From NCBI GenBank assembly GCA_951406725.2, contig OX597816.1, positions 146,258,001 to 146,322,000 of the forward strand: a stretch of 64,000 nt of DNA. Reading direction: 5' to 3'. The translations under genes were made by a program, and so were the position numbers. This stretch comes from Octopus vulgaris. Taxonomy: Eukaryota. Within the stretch, counting starts at the first letter, position 1. Each line of letters begins with the position of its first letter. This document shows positions 23,881-38,705 of this stretch, piece by piece. The notes beneath the pieces are model-generated. The model made no database searches. It was given only the letters and a program-made list of their open reading frames with translations, and was not told the origin of the DNA.

Positions 23881-25838
23881 TATGTATGTATTTACGTACG
23901 TATGTATTATATTATAATGCTTAAAAATCTACGGAAATGTGAATCTCTAATCAAATGATCTTCGGTCTTCAAAATTTGAAAAGTACGTACAATCATATAC
24001 TGTCACTTTCTTTTGGTTGTATGGAAAGCGATTCTCAGATATGGATAACTCATGGAAGAACAGCATTATTACTGACAAATAAAGATAGCAGGAAGTAATT
24101 ATATACTATTATATGCTTAGCATATCTATGGAAATTGCAAATTCTTATAACCGAAGATTTGTAAAGTTTACTTAGTTTGCCGGAGAAAGCGAAATTGTTA
24201 CAAGAAGCATAAGAGTGATGGAGAAAGAAAACAAATTGAAGTGATTATCTATTGTATGTCGATTGAATGATACAAAGTGAAGTGCGAATAAGAAAGAAAC
24301 GAATTCGCTGTTAGTTGAAAACACTACAAGAAAGCATATCATAATGTACGGCAATTTTCGTTTTTGTAGGACTTGAGAACTCTCGTTGTTTATGAGAATA
24401 ATAACAGTTTTCTTAGGAAAGCGATCGAGAGAAGTAGAACTAAATTGTGATATGAATCATTGACAAATACAAAAATTCCGGAGGAAGAATATTCAAACGA
24501 GAAAAAATTCTCATTTTTGTGATAGCCTTTTTTCTTTTGCTATTTCTTCTTTTTTTTTTGCTTATAGAAGTATAGAGAGAATAAACCGTGCTTATGAGCT
24601 TAAGAATAGAGGATAAACAATGTAACGTACGCTATATCAGAGTGACATTAAGCTGTGCTCCAAAAATCAAAATAACTTGGATACTCTTGCTTCATGCAGT
24701 AAGAATGCTTAACAAAACATATCGAATATATATTTGGGGCGAGTCTATGCGCAGTATTATTTATGAAGAAAATTCGAAAGATGAAATTTCATGGCTTAAA
24801 GAAATCACAAGGTGATATTTGAGATGACTGAACGAGAAGGAAGGGTGCAAATACTAAGACATGCAGCAGAAAACGAATGTACTCGAAAGGGAAATGTGAG
24901 GGAATATGTAAAAGTAGTAGAAAAGAAGGTTCAGGAAGTTCCTTGAAACAGAAGATAATTAATATTATTAAAGTAATCAATATGTATGCCATGGAAATGT
25001 TATATTATGACCAATTTTAAGGGTTCAAAGAAAGGGCTGCATGAACTGGAAAACAAAATAAACCATTGCTCATAATACATCATGAACACCACCCAACAAA
25101 TAATAGTGGCACATTCTATTGTCATCAAAAAGGGAGCTGGCAGAGGCTTTTACAATAAATAAGATACGATCACTACTGTGATACTGAATTTGAAAGTCAA
25201 CGTAGCGCGTAGAGAAGAATAAATATTTTCTACGTTTAGATATAAAAATTCAATTAACAGTGCCAGTGAAGAATATTTGCATGGATGAAGAAAACAATAA
25301 AATTCTTACATCTAAAATTCTTACATCTAAAATTCTAGAAGTATTCAACTGTACTACTTAATTCCATATCCAACATTCTACGCAGATGGCAAGCATGTGA
25401 AAAATTAATTTTGGATACCTTCTCCCGCTCCAGATGATTATGAAGGAGTCTCACAGAATTCAAACCCCCTATACTTTGAAATATTCCACAACTATTTTAA
25501 TTATGGCTTCTACGCTGAAAGGGGGCGTGACTCTAATTTCCTTTTCTCTTTTTCCATCTTTATTCACCGGTCAAATTTTTGCCCCAACGTTAACGTTTTC
25601 TCTTATTTTTGATTTTGTGGCATCTCATGCACTAGAGTCCTGATCTTGAAAGGGTACAGATCATGTATTCGGAGCATGAGATTGCGTGGGGCGTTCTAAA
25701 ACCCTCCCCTAGTCCCATGTCTTCACAGCAAGAAACTATAAATAGTTCCTCTCCTTATACTGTGTATATTGAATGATATTTACGCACACATATATATATA
25801 TATGCATATCTATCTATGTATCTATCTATGTATGTATG

Positions 25839-25915
<77 letters not shown>

Positions 25916-25940
25916 CGCTATCTATGTGTAGATATATATA

Positions 25941-26640
25941 AGCTGCGATGGGTAAATTATCGCCATATTATATTTTCAATTTCGGGTTTGCGCATTGTTT
26001 GTATTTGATGTTGTCGACTATCCAGTATAGTAAGGTTAGTTGGGCACCGTCTATGAGAAAAACAGGACCATAACACAATTCACTCAATCAGAAATTTGGA
26101 AATTACATGCTGTACTGCTAGGTATTCGCGGCAGAAGCTCCAATACGAACATTTCAGTGTTTGAGTCTCAGTCTGAAGACAGTGTAATCTTAGGCCATGT
26201 ACCGAGAGAGTTAAATATCAAACAGCCAGTTAACAACATGGTGTTTATAGTGATCCTCCTTCTTACACGGCCTCATACTCAACACAGAGGCCTACCTCAA
26301 GTGCCTAGAGAAGGTAGTGCTGCCCTAGATCAAGAGGCTGGCTGCAAGAATGCCTTAAGTCTAGCAACCATGTCACGCAAGCAGAAGAACCCAGTCATGA
26401 CTATCAGATAATTTCTGCGTCTACATCACCCCTAACGTATGCCTACCCAATTTACCAGACTGCAACACACTTGATTATTATGTGGGGGCATGGTTGAGTA
26501 AGATGTCAACAAAATTTGTTGAAACACCAAACATGAAATGAAGGCAAGGATTTATAGCAAGGTACTAAAACTGAAGCAAGGAAAGCATCCAGAAAACGTG
26601 TGAAAGATTCCTAAATCACCTAAATAAATTTATTCGTTAG
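25941..26640 (+). mobile_element. maT/DD37D-like Tc1-mariner, internally deleted and decayed
   Basis: VPRELNIKQPVNNMVF, HGLILNTEAYLKCLEKVVLP, PCHASRRTQS, LPDCNTLDYYV. Confidence 0.8.
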
Positions 26641-26749
26641 TATTTAAAGATATTTTAATGTAATTTTGGTAAATGTATCAGTTAAAATGAGATGTCAGTG
26701 TTTTCATTTTTGCGTAATTTAGATGTTAGTCTATTCATTGCACGCTGTA

Positions 26750-26792
<43 letters not shown>

Positions 26793-26896
26793 AATAATAA
26801 TAAAGTGTAACATTAATTAATTAGTAATTAGTAATTTTACCAAGCAGTTTTCAGTACGTAAAAGGACCATTTACGGTAAATTTAAACATTACTTTA

Positions 26897-27043
26897 TATA
26901 ATTAGCGTTCAGCAAAAGAATTTGCTTTACAACATACCAAACTTTTAGAAATAGAAGCTAAAGAAGTAGAGGAAATAGCTAAATTCTTTGGCGGCTATTT
27001 CTAAAGTTCAGTATGTGGTAAAGCAATTTTTTTTTGCTGAACC

Positions 27044-27052
<9 letters not shown>
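26897..27052. repeat. Inverted repeat (~57-bp arms) abutting (TA)n
   Basis: gttcagcaaaagaatttgctttacaacatac vs gtatgtggtaaagcaattttttttgctgaac. Confidence 0.8.
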
Positions 27053-27106
<54 letters not shown>

Positions 27107-27233
27107 ATATATATATATATATACATACATATATATATATATATATATTTATATATACATATATATACATATATATATATACATATATATATATATAGAT
27201 ATATACATATCTAATTCTATACATATATATATT

Positions 27234-27293
<60 letters not shown>

Positions 27294-27391
27294 TAAATAT
27301 ATATATAAATATATATAAAACTTAAAACTTAGATATGTTTCGACCAAGGATTGGTCCAGGCCATGTCTAACTTAATAGCACCACCTGATAG

Positions 27392-27431
<40 letters not shown>

Positions 27432-27824
27432 CAAAGAAATTCCAACTCTGTTTTTTTTTAATGTTTTATTTATATTCTTCATAATATTAATGTAGAATAT
27501 AGAATATATAGTATAAATAATATATATAGTAAAATGAAATGAAGTATTGATTGCCTTATTGAACAGATGATATATTGAATATAAAATATTAGGGGACTAG
27601 TATACTGTCTTGCATTAAAGCAGTCTTCAAGGTCCTAGGTTGTGACAGGAGTCTTTCAACTGTATATATATATACATAACATTTTTGAATAAGGAAACTC
27701 ACCTCATTGAAAAAAAGGAGAAAATATAAAGTAAAACCTAACCACATTCTATTCCTTCTAACATAAATCATGTTTAATTAGTCATTCCCAACACATTTGA
27801 TTGTCTCCCTTATGCCGGAAAAAA

Positions 27825-28020
27825 TCCCTGATTACCTTCCCCTGCCTGGAACTCCATATTTCACAAGATAGCGAAGACATGATATTTGAAAAGAAAATAC
27901 GAAAATGGTTAATTCTCAAAAAATTATGTTACTATACGGAAAATTTTATGATATTTTTCTAACATAACGACTTAAATATATACTTTAATCTTATAAAACA
28001 AGCCTTCTGTAGTTTTTTTC
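27825..28020 (+). mobile_element. Diverged copy of the short TA-terminated element at 38330-38550
   Basis: Shared ttacct.ccc...cctg.aactc and aaaacaagccttctgtagttttttc followed by (TA)n. Confidence 0.7.
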
Positions 28021-28040
28021 ATATATATTTGTGTGTGTCT

Positions 28041-28073
<33 letters not shown>

Positions 28074-28116
28074 AGTGTTTCATTGTGTGTATGTGTGTCT
28101 GTGTATGGAAAAAAAT

Positions 28117-28355
28117 CAAGGTAGATAATGCTAAAATAAGTTCATAAAAAAACTTTTCAGTACCGTTTCGATCATTGAGACTTTTTCTACTAAAGTATGG
28201 AAAACAATTAAATTTTGGAAAAATTAAATGAAAATCTATTCATTTAATTTTTCCAAAATTTAATATTATCCATACTTATAGTTGAAAAAGTCACAATGAC
28301 CAGAACTGGTACTGAAATGTTTTTTATAAAATTAGTTTAGCATTTCCTACCTTGA
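28117..28355. repeat. ~240-bp imperfect palindrome between microsatellites
   Basis: tcaaggtag...aaattttggaaaaattaaatgaa / ttcatttaatttttccaaaattt...ctaccttga. Confidence 0.85.
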
Positions 28356-28478
28356 CGTTTTTTCCATATATATATCAACTCCTGTGTTGCTTTCCAAACT
28401 TCTACACACATACACAGACATACACACACACATATATATATATATGTATATACAATTATGTATACATACAATTATATA

Positions 28479-28547
<69 letters not shown>

Positions 28548-28716
28548 ATAGTTAAGTATATACATGCAGATATGCACACATATATACACACACGCACACA
28601 TATAGGGTTTAAAAATATATAGAAGGCGTTGACAAACGAGCGAGATTTAGGCAGTGAATCACCAGATTATCAAACTTTTTTTTTCGAGTTCTTGAAAATA
28701 CAGATTGCAATCAAAT

Positions 28717-29420
28717 ACGAGGTGGTATCAAAAAGTTCCCGGATTAATTATGATTAATAAAAGATTACTTATTTACTTAAGTTTTTACATCATCTCCGTC
28801 GACATAGTCACTTTTCCCAGCAAAACATGGGGTCCTAGCCTTTCTGCCACTCTTGGAATCTGGCCTGGAAGTCGTTTTCAGTAAGCAAGTCGAGGTTCTT
28901 CTGTGATTCGCTTTTGATCTTGACAGCGGTTTTAAAACGGGGACAGTTGAGCCTCCTTTTCATCTTCAGGAAGAGACGGAAGTGTGAAGTTACTAAATCT
29001 GGCGAATATGCCAGATGCGTTAAAAATACCATTTCACTTTTGGCAAGGAACACACGAGTAAGGAGATTTCATTATCACAGTGCATTATCTCATTATCACA
29101 GTGTGTTGTCATCCTGAAGAATTCACTTATTCGCACTCCACACATACGGTTATTTTTTGTCGAATGTCTTACCTCAAACATTTTAGAATGTCGCAAAAGA
29201 ACTCTCGACTGACGGCCTGGGCCTAGGGGTGGAATTTTCGAGTTACAATACCGCAGATATCGATAAAAATTTGACGCATGCTTTTGATTGAGCTGCGGCT
29301 CTGTTCTACCTTCTGCGGCCGAGGAGATGAAGGCCTCTTCCATGGTAACGAGTGCTGCTACGTCTCAGTGCCGTACTAGTAGATCCAGCTCGCGTCACCA
29401 GTGATGGGCTTGTACATGAA
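28717..29420 (-). mobile_element. mariner 3' fragment
   Basis: HLAYSPDLVTSHFRLFLKMK...FQEWQK; TIR tacgaggtggtatcaaaaagttcccgga at 28717. Confidence 0.9.
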
Positions 29421-29957
29421 GGTCATGTAACTGGGACGAGTATACTTAAGAAAATTGCAGAGTATGGTTAAATACTACCTAACAAGTTAAAGATAAACAG
29501 TAATATTCAAAGCCTATTAGATAACTGGTTGTATGAAAATGTGTCTCTAATGCAATATGAGCATTTTGTTCATTAGTCTTGTTAAGCATATTACCTTAAC
29601 ATTTAAGCATTTCTAGTAATTCAGAGACGCAAAGCGTGCGCCCACAATTGTCATTTTAATAGATAATGTTTACTTTTAATGCTTCAGGTAACTTGGAATC
29701 TAATTTATTTTAATACCCATGTTCTCTCCAAGTGATGTAATTTCAGCCATATTAAGATTATGGAAAGTATAAAAATAATTATATAATCTTTAGTTACAGT
29801 TGTAAGAAGTGGAACCGATGTAGGCAATAATGATTATATTAATCATTACATCACATATTTGTGTCTGTACATATGTGCATAAGAATGTGTGTGTACATAC
29901 ATATACAAGTGTATGCATGTTTATGTACGTATGTATGTATGTATGTATGTATGTATG

Positions 29958-30023
<66 letters not shown>

Positions 30024-30039
30024 TACATATATATATATA

Positions 30040-30540
30040 ATTACTAAGGTGGATAGACACAATTCGAAGCATCGAAAAGGGCAATAATTCGCCGTCACTA
30101 AAATAGTGACGAAGATTGCAGGGAGCACCTGCATTGCTAGAAATAAATATCAAAGTACTATTTAGCCACAGAAAGCACATTTTCTATTTACTCACAGGGA
30201 AGACAACCTGCCCACCAACAACTGAGTAAGGTTAGACCACGCCAACCCCGCCAATATATATAGATTTTACCACAGAAATCAGTTATTGATTCCGCAAAAT
30301 TGTAATGTGAAAATTATAATATAATTAAGATGACTAGGGGCAATTCAAAATCACATAATAAATTATTCTCTGTCACTAAACATTGACGAAGGGTGCGGGG
30401 AGCACCAACATTGCTAGAAATAAGAGTCAAATAACTATTTAGCCATAGAATTGATATCTTTTACTTACTAACAGGGGAGACATCCTCCCCACCGCAATTG
30501 AGTGGCATTACACTGTCATACCAATTTCGCATGAAATATA
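30040..30540. repeat. Diverged tandem duplication, ~275-bp period
   Basis: gggagcacc...cattgctagaaataa...actatttagcca at about 30121 and 30397. Confidence 0.8.
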
Positions 30541-30807
30541 ATGTTCATCAGTAATGCTTATTCTATAGTGGATGTGAAGCTAAATTCTACTCTGTCAGCA
30601 TGTGTTATTTCCATTTTGGGAAAGAAAAGGAACGGGTTAATAGAATGCGATCTCTAAACTGCTCTGAGTTCACAAATTTTGCGACCAATTTATATTCATT
30701 ATTCTCCCTTTTCATGTATATTAATTACAGTATTTGAATTACCTCCTTTGACATTACACAGACTGTTGGTAGGTAGGTACAGACTTATAAATATATACAT
30801 AGCAATA

Positions 30808-31200
30808 AGGCGGCGAGCTGGCTGAAACGTTAGCACGCCGGGCTTTATGCGTAGCCATATTTCGTCTGCCGTTACGTTCTGAGTTCAAATTCCGCCGAGG
30901 TCGACTTTGCCTTTCATCCTTTCGGGGCGATAAATTAAGTACCAGTTACGCACTGGGGTCGATGTAATGGACTTGATTCGTTTGTCTGTCCTTGTTTGTC
31001 CTCTCTGTGTTTGGCCCCTTGTGGTAGTAAAGAAATAGGTATTTCGTCTGCCTTTACGTTCTTAGTTCAATTTCCGCCGAGGTCGACTTTGCCTTTCATC
31101 CTTTCGTGGTCGATAAATTAAGTACTAGTTGCGTACTAGGGTCGATTTGCTCAACTGGTCCTCTCGCCAAATTTCTGGCTTTGTGCCTAGAGGAGAAAAG
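30808..31200 (+). mobile_element. SINE family A
   Basis: Same head and duplicated core as 22293-22693. Confidence 0.9.
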
Positions 31201-32599
31201 ACTATATACATAGCAATAACAATAATTTGTAGAAAAGCAAGAAGAGAGAGAGGAGAGGACAATGAGAACGGCGGCAACGCAAGCGATGGTGACGACAACC
31301 ACGGTAACAAGGACGATGAGGACGATGACGACAATTCTTATGACGATGACTACGATGATGATGTTGATCATGATGATGATGATGATGATGAGAATGAAGT
31401 AGTCGATGATGCTGAGAAGGATGTTGATATCAATTTAATATCAATTGCTGTTGTTGCAGTGTTTTTTAGTAGTCAAATAAACACGGAAATATATAGAGTC
31501 CTACATTTCAAAGTAAGTGTCTGAAGAATAAGATAGTAAATAATAATTCGTACGGTTAAAGTACATATCAGTTTTATTATACTAATTGATACGTCAACAA
31601 TAATCTTCAAAAAATGTATATGAGCAAAAATGTAGACAATTACAAATAGAACTATAGACATAAAAGCTAGAATAGAATGCAATACAGTTTTACTCTTCAG
31701 CCATAAAAATTATAGATTCCTCATAAATATGCTGATAAATCATTTGCAGGACTGTGATGTGTGGAGAAGTATTAAGTCTCATGAAATATTTTGAAGAAAA
31801 TGATAGTAAAGAAAAAAGACAAAATAAAAAAACCCAGATGGAAATGCAGAAGCTATCACAATACTATATTAATAGATTTAGCTAAAATATATGAATCTGA
31901 CATACATAATTGTAGAAAGAGTATATGACATAAAATTGTCTAAAAATTATATAGGGTTTCAACGCATCTGTTTATGTCCGTATGTGTATGTATATGCGGG
32001 GGTATGTTTGTGTGCCAGTGTATTTCTTTGTGTGTGTTTCTAAGTGTGTTTGTGCGAGCATGCAATGCAGAATACGTATAACGTAGACCTTAGAATGTAA
32101 TAAAATCGGAATAGAAATTATTTTTCTTCACGTAATTCCCTATAGAATAGAAAGTGTTGGACTGATGAGAAAATTAAGCAGTACCTATATTTGTGTTGCA
32201 TAAATTATCACCTCAAGATATATCTATTTAGTGAAGGTACTGTATTTCTAAGCAATGCAAATATCGTACACAAACATATGTTTCAAAATGAAGCTATGAG
32301 AAAGTTAAAGTGAAGCATGTTCTATAGAGTAACAAAGTACCTTAAGCATAAATCTGAGAACGGGTTATTGGTGTGAATATAGTATTCAACGCATCTCTTT
32401 ATTCATATGTAACGATACAAGTTTAAGCGCATAGGTGAAAACAACACCAGAGGAAATATTAGATAAAGTCTCGCAAGCAGATGTATAATTTACAATGGAA
32501 TCGAAGATTCTACACTATATAGACATAGTGATATCCACTTCACATGATTACCGATACACACATAAGTAATTATATGTATGTATATATGTGTATATATAC

Positions 32600-33055
32600 A
32601 TATATAATTTTAGTTGTGCGTTCTCGATTAGGAATCATTATGAGCAGAAGGATTCAGGGATTCCTCTACGATTGCCAAATCTTTATCAATACAAGTCGTC
32701 AATGTAAATGGTGTAGGTTGAAATTTCCTAGTCTCGTCTGTATTCTCAGCTTGTTCTTTTTCTAACAATCACAACATACATTGACTTCTTTGCAGGTGCC
32801 ACCATATCTTTCCGAATTTGGTGTAGACTTTCAACTTGTCACGAATACAGTCTGACCATATATTTTTCCAAACATTATTTAAAGTTGAAGTTTTTACTTT
32901 ATCTTATGATTCTGCTGTATTATCCACTGCATCTACTATTTTGAATTTCTTCCAGAGATCTTTAACCCAGTCAATGGCTTTCATAATCTGTTTGAAAATT
33001 CTTCTCATACAGAATACCTTGATGTTAGCTATCACACTGAGTTTCTTTCTGTAAG
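32600..33055 (-). mobile_element. pogo/Tigger transposase C-terminal remnant
   Basis: VIANIKVFCMRRIFKQIMKAID..VKDLWKKFKIVDAVDNTAES*DKVKTSTLNNVWKNIWSDC. Confidence 0.75.
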
Positions 33056-35047
33056 AGCGAAATTACAGACCGTATCCCGAAATCCCGTACTACACACACG
33101 CGTACAGGTTCGAAAATTGATTAAGGTTGTTCATCGTTTTTTCAGTCTGCAGAGAAATGGTTAAAACTTGCCCTGTTTATAATTATACCATATGTTGCAT
33201 ATATATAACATACCTGCATACTGTGTACACTTAGAGCCCCGTTGACAGGCCGTTGGTATTTATAGTGTTAAGCAAATTCGGCATGCAAATTAGGAACCCC
33301 TTCATAGTATAACTGCTGCATTTGTTGAGTATATAAATAGTCTAGCTGTTTGCTTCTCTGGAGACTGTCAGAATGTTGTGGATACCTCTGCTGAGAACAC
33401 AATAATCTTGTTAACGCTGTTCATCGTTTTTGTTTTTCTTTCTGCAGAGAAGTGGCTAAAATTTGCCGTGTTTATATAATTGTACTATATGTTACATTCT
33501 TGCATACAAACATACATACATAGGACGCACGTACAAGCTTACATACGGCGTACATGCTTCTCTGTATCTGATTAAAATGGAAATTTAAATAATCGTTAAC
33601 GTATGAACCTATTTCCGAATAATGTTCGAGTTCACTAATTGCAAGTAACTAGTCAATGAATGGAAGCTTCTCTCATCTAAATTCCATTCAATCAGCAAAA
33701 GTACATGCTGCATATCTTCCTATTACATTTACAATCAAAATATAGCATTGTTAAATACAATATGTTTTATCGTAACAATAGTAATTATTAATTATGACCA
33801 TTACTAACATTATGTACTTGGAATTCATTGAACCAAAGAAGACATCTCTAAGTAGGCAAATGACCAGCAAGAGATGGCAGCTAAATGCCCTTGAAATTGC
33901 ATATAGAGAAACATATATGTTAATGAAGTCCGTTAATATAACATATCTGAAAATGTTTCACAATGATTGCAAATGAAACGCCGTTAGTAAATGTTGATCT
34001 GTAGTTTAATAAGGAGCACAGTATTGATTAATTTTTTTTCAGAGAACAATCTTCACTTCGTCATTTCAACATTGTTTCCCACATTATCTCTCACGCTATA
34101 GTTAACTTGCTGAGAAAAATTGCCAAATCAGCGGAATGAACTAACATTAGAGCTGTAATATCCACCATGGTTCTCTGCCAGGCATATTTCATTCTAGGCG
34201 TTGTAACTGGCATTTAAAATAAGCTTTCTGTGTATGCAATGATTTACATGTGAATGGCGGATTTTTCCCCTTCAAACAAAATCTTTGACTATCTGAGGTC
34301 ACTGACATACAGAGATAATGTATATACGATGACATTCAAAACCAAAGATCGTTAAGAAATATGGATCCAATTTAAACAAAAGTCCCATTGTCTTACTCAG
34401 TATGACCAAAAATATGGATGCTGAAATCTGGAGCTTTGATTATAGTCTGATCTAGCAATACCGAATTGGAAAGGAAAAATCTAAGAGTGATTCAGTTAAT
34501 GAATATTTGAAAATCGACCATAATTTATGACAATAAAATTTGTCCTGTATATTTTTGTCGTCTTTACACGAACGACTTTTACGACCGACTAAACTATCTT
34601 CTCATATCTTCCACTAACCTTTTAAAAATTCTACGTAGGTGCCACTGTAAGGAAAAAGATTACCAAGGAATTAAAATTGACCTGTTAGTGAATTAAAATA
34701 ATAATTTAGCAGCAAACATTAGTGACTCTCAAAGGAATTATAAATCAATTTACAGTTGTCATTCTAAGACCATTAAATTTCATAGTAAACTACATGGTAA
34801 TTATGCTGATGTTAAACTCATAGAATGGGTTTTCGAAGAAGGACTTTCCCCAACTAACATTGATAAATATGCATCTTTTTTTACATGCAGTAAAAGTGTT
34901 CAAAGATTGTTGGCCAATATAATTTGCATATTTATAAATTGCAAAGTAATTGAAGTAAGTCAGATAGACCAACGACATGAATTTAAATAGCTTTGGTTAG
35001 TAGTGATGTCTAGAGGACGTACGGACGGTATTTAGTATCTAACATTG

Positions 35048-35257
35048 ATTTCCAATTTTGGCACAAGGCTAGCTAATTCGGGTGAAGTGGGGAGTCTATT
35101 ACACTGACGCCATTGTTCAACTGATACTTGATTCATCGACCATGAAATGATGAAAGGCAAAGTCAACTCCTGCAGTACTGGAACGCAGACAGTAAAACCA
35201 GAAGAAATGCCACTAAGTACATCCGGTGCGATAAGGATTCTATCAGCTCGCCGCCTT
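35048..35257 (-). mobile_element. SINE family A, decayed
   Basis: gatgaaaggcaaagtcaactc ... cagctcgccgcctt. Confidence 0.8.
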
Positions 35258-36267
35258 TATATAGGCTATAATATTGAGACAGAACAAACACTCCAGAATA
35301 AAAAGTAGTGGCTTTTGTTTGCAATTGCCAAATGAAAGGTGAAATAATTGCAAGAATAAAATATTAATTCCTCAAAAAATATAATTTTGCAGATAGAACA
35401 AATAATTATTCCATTTTAGAAGCGAAAATGAAATCTACGGACATGTTTTATCATTTCAGGTTTTATCTGTAAACCATATTCTTTTCAAGACTTTGTTGAT
35501 CCGTTGAAATGTTTTTTTTTTGTTTTTGTTTTTTAAAAAGTAGAAAAGAGTAGCAAAAATATATGCTAAAAAATCTGCATACATAGAAAATACGACTAAA
35601 GGATAATCTGGATACATGGTGTTGTACTGATTGACGTACGCGGAATATTCATATTTTAGTCGCCGTTTTACGCGAAGAAAGGAATCAAACACATGCCAAC
35701 AACTATAAGCTATACTACTCTCAAACATAAGTGGTTATTTCGATTCATTATCAATATTTTTCTGCGATTGCTATTCGTTATATCGTACACTATTTAACAA
35801 TATTTTCCTGTCAAATTAAATATATTGGGAAATAGAATATGAAAAACACTGGAGGTTTTCATTTTAGTTTCGTTTTGCGATACACGATTTTATTCTTATT
35901 TTCTCTATCAATTTCAGTATTCATGAAGTTAAATGTGGTTTCTTCATTAATAACAGTGCGGATACAAGCAAAGAGATACACCGCAGCTCCATTGCCAATA
36001 TGTATTCCTAGAGATACTTGTAACATTTATGCTAATGTTTAAACAATGAAATAAAAGAAAATATAAACTGAGAAACACAACACACGTGTGATTGTGCCTA
36101 TCACGCACACACACACAGACACACATAGAAACGCACACACACAAATACGAACACATACGCCTGTATAAATATACACATACGGACATTCCAATGTAAAAGT
36201 GTACAAAGCGTATGTAACAAAATTAAAGTAATACATATACACATAAATATTTCTGGGTTTATAGATG

Positions 36268-36545
36268 TGTTAGAGCGACGAGCTTCAGATCATGATGCCG
36301 TGAGTTCGAAAACCGGACCGGGCTGCATGTTGTGTTCTTGAGCAAGGCACTTTCTTTCACGTTGCTCCAGGTCACGCAGCTGTAGAAATGAGTTGCAATG
36401 TCACAGGTGTCAAGCTGTATCGGCCTTTGCCTTTTCCTTGGATAACACTGGCGGCGTGGAGAGGGGAGGTTGGTATGCACGGGCGATTGCTGGTCTTCCA
36501 TAAACAAGCTTGCCCGGACTTGTGCCTGGGAGGGTAACTTTCTAA
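36268..36545 (+). mobile_element. SINE family C copy
   Basis: Homologous to the reverse complement of 8848-9187. Confidence 0.9.
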
Positions 36546-36947
36546 CTTATCATCCTAGCACTCAGGCACTTTAACCAGTGGAACATCGAGTTTCCGACAC
36601 TTGCTGGGGGGTAGGGGGTTGCTGCACTTGTACCCGGCTGTACCAATTTTCAATGTAGCCAACTGTAGCGTCGACAAATGAAATTTTCCGGAAAGCGTTG
36701 CGAACAATAACAATCTTACACACACATATATGAACTAATACGCATGCATACATACATACATACTCACAAGTATGCATACACAAAAATACCACATACACAA
36801 GCACACACATATATACATACATATATACATATATATTCATAGGCATGCTTAAATTTTTGTGCGTATGTGTGTACGCGTGTGCTCTTATATGTGCCTACAT
36901 AGTTAAAGATCGATAGAAAATATAGATAGATCTTTGGTCAGTTATGT

Positions 36948-36996
<49 letters not shown>

Positions 36997-37449
36997 CTGC
37001 GTCTCTGTCGTATAAGTTCACGAGTCTATATCGACATTATTGCTTGGTTAATCACTGTATGTCTGTGTCTGTGTGTAGGGCTATAAGGAAATAAATGTAT
37101 GTGCGTGTGTATTCGTCTGTGGAAATTTTTCTACAATTGTGCTGATATCAAAAGAGACGAGCGGAAGTGGGGTAAAATGTACGAGTTTACATCAATAGTA
37201 CTTCTGCCTCAAGAGATGATTTAAAATAAATGTATGTCAATTTATATATTTATACCAGGCCTTATGATGTATAGTAACTATAGAATGATGTTGGAATCAA
37301 TGCAAAGGTTCTATGGGTGTATCTATAGCAATAGTGCTGCTGATTAGAAAGTGATCTAGAACAGCTAGAATCATAAAACGTAGAAAGATCACATCAAACG
37401 ACAGCATGTGAGACGTTGAACGTATGAAAAATTACATATGAATACATAG

Positions 37450-37488
<39 letters not shown>

Positions 37489-37989
37489 TAGATAGATACA
37501 TACATACACACATAAATACATATTGGGAGAGAGAAAGAGACAGAGCAACAGAGAGACTGATACAGAGAAAATGAAATGCGATGAAAAGCGAATTCTGTGG
37601 TATCATTGCTTAATAATAAACTTCCGGGTCGTCATTCCCCGATATCAAATGATCAAAATAAATGGAAATGGCGGAACGAATCTATTATATGTGTGGGGCT
37701 AATTCATGTCTCAAGGACTCTATTTATTAACGTCTTGAGATGTAATATATGTAATTCCTTTTATACGCACTCAACTGATTAAGATTCCAGGTAAACTTGC
37801 TGAAATTCAGCATTAAATCAATGTATTTTGAAACTTAATCTTCTTTATGACTTGTCCAGTGTGTGTACAGAACAATAAGGAACATAAAGAATGATATTAG
37901 CTCCGTGAACGGCAGTGTACGGTGAAAAAATCTGCTTCATCTCATATAGCTAAATATTGATATAAACACACACACACATGTATACCAAC

Positions 37990-38130
<141 letters not shown>

Positions 38131-38171
38131 TGAGAAACTTGGTGTATGAAAGCACGTAGTTGAATCTATAG

Positions 38172-38548
38172 AAAATAGTAAAAAGTGAAAAAAACTACAG
38201 AAGGCTTGTTTTAAAAGGATAAAAAATATATATTTGAGTCATTATGTCAGAAGAATGTTATAAATTTTTTTATACAATGACACTTTTTGAAGAAATGGAC
38301 AAGTCATAAAGAAGATTAAGTTTCAAAATCACTTATTACCTCCCCTTACCTGAAACTCTACTTCACACTTCTCAACGAAATCATAACGATGTAAGAAATT
38401 TGAAAAGCTGAACGCGAAACCGGTCGTTTCTTCAAAAACTGTCATTGTATGAAAAAAATTGATAACATTCTTCTGACATAATGACTCAAATATATATTTT
38501 TTAACCTTTTAAAACAAGCCTTCTGTAGTTTTTTCACTTTTTACTTTT

Positions 38549-38550
<2 letters not shown>
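38172..38550. mobile_element. Short pLTR-like element with inverted partial copy and hammerhead-like fold
   Basis: 38172-38300 is inverted to 38423-38550; fold at 38393-38432; (TA)n on both sides. Confidence 0.7.
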
Positions 38551-38582
<32 letters not shown>

Positions 38583-38662
38583 TATACATATACATATATA
38601 TATATATATACATATATATATATGTATATATAAACATATATATATGTATATACGCGTATATG

Positions 38663-38705
<43 letters not shown>

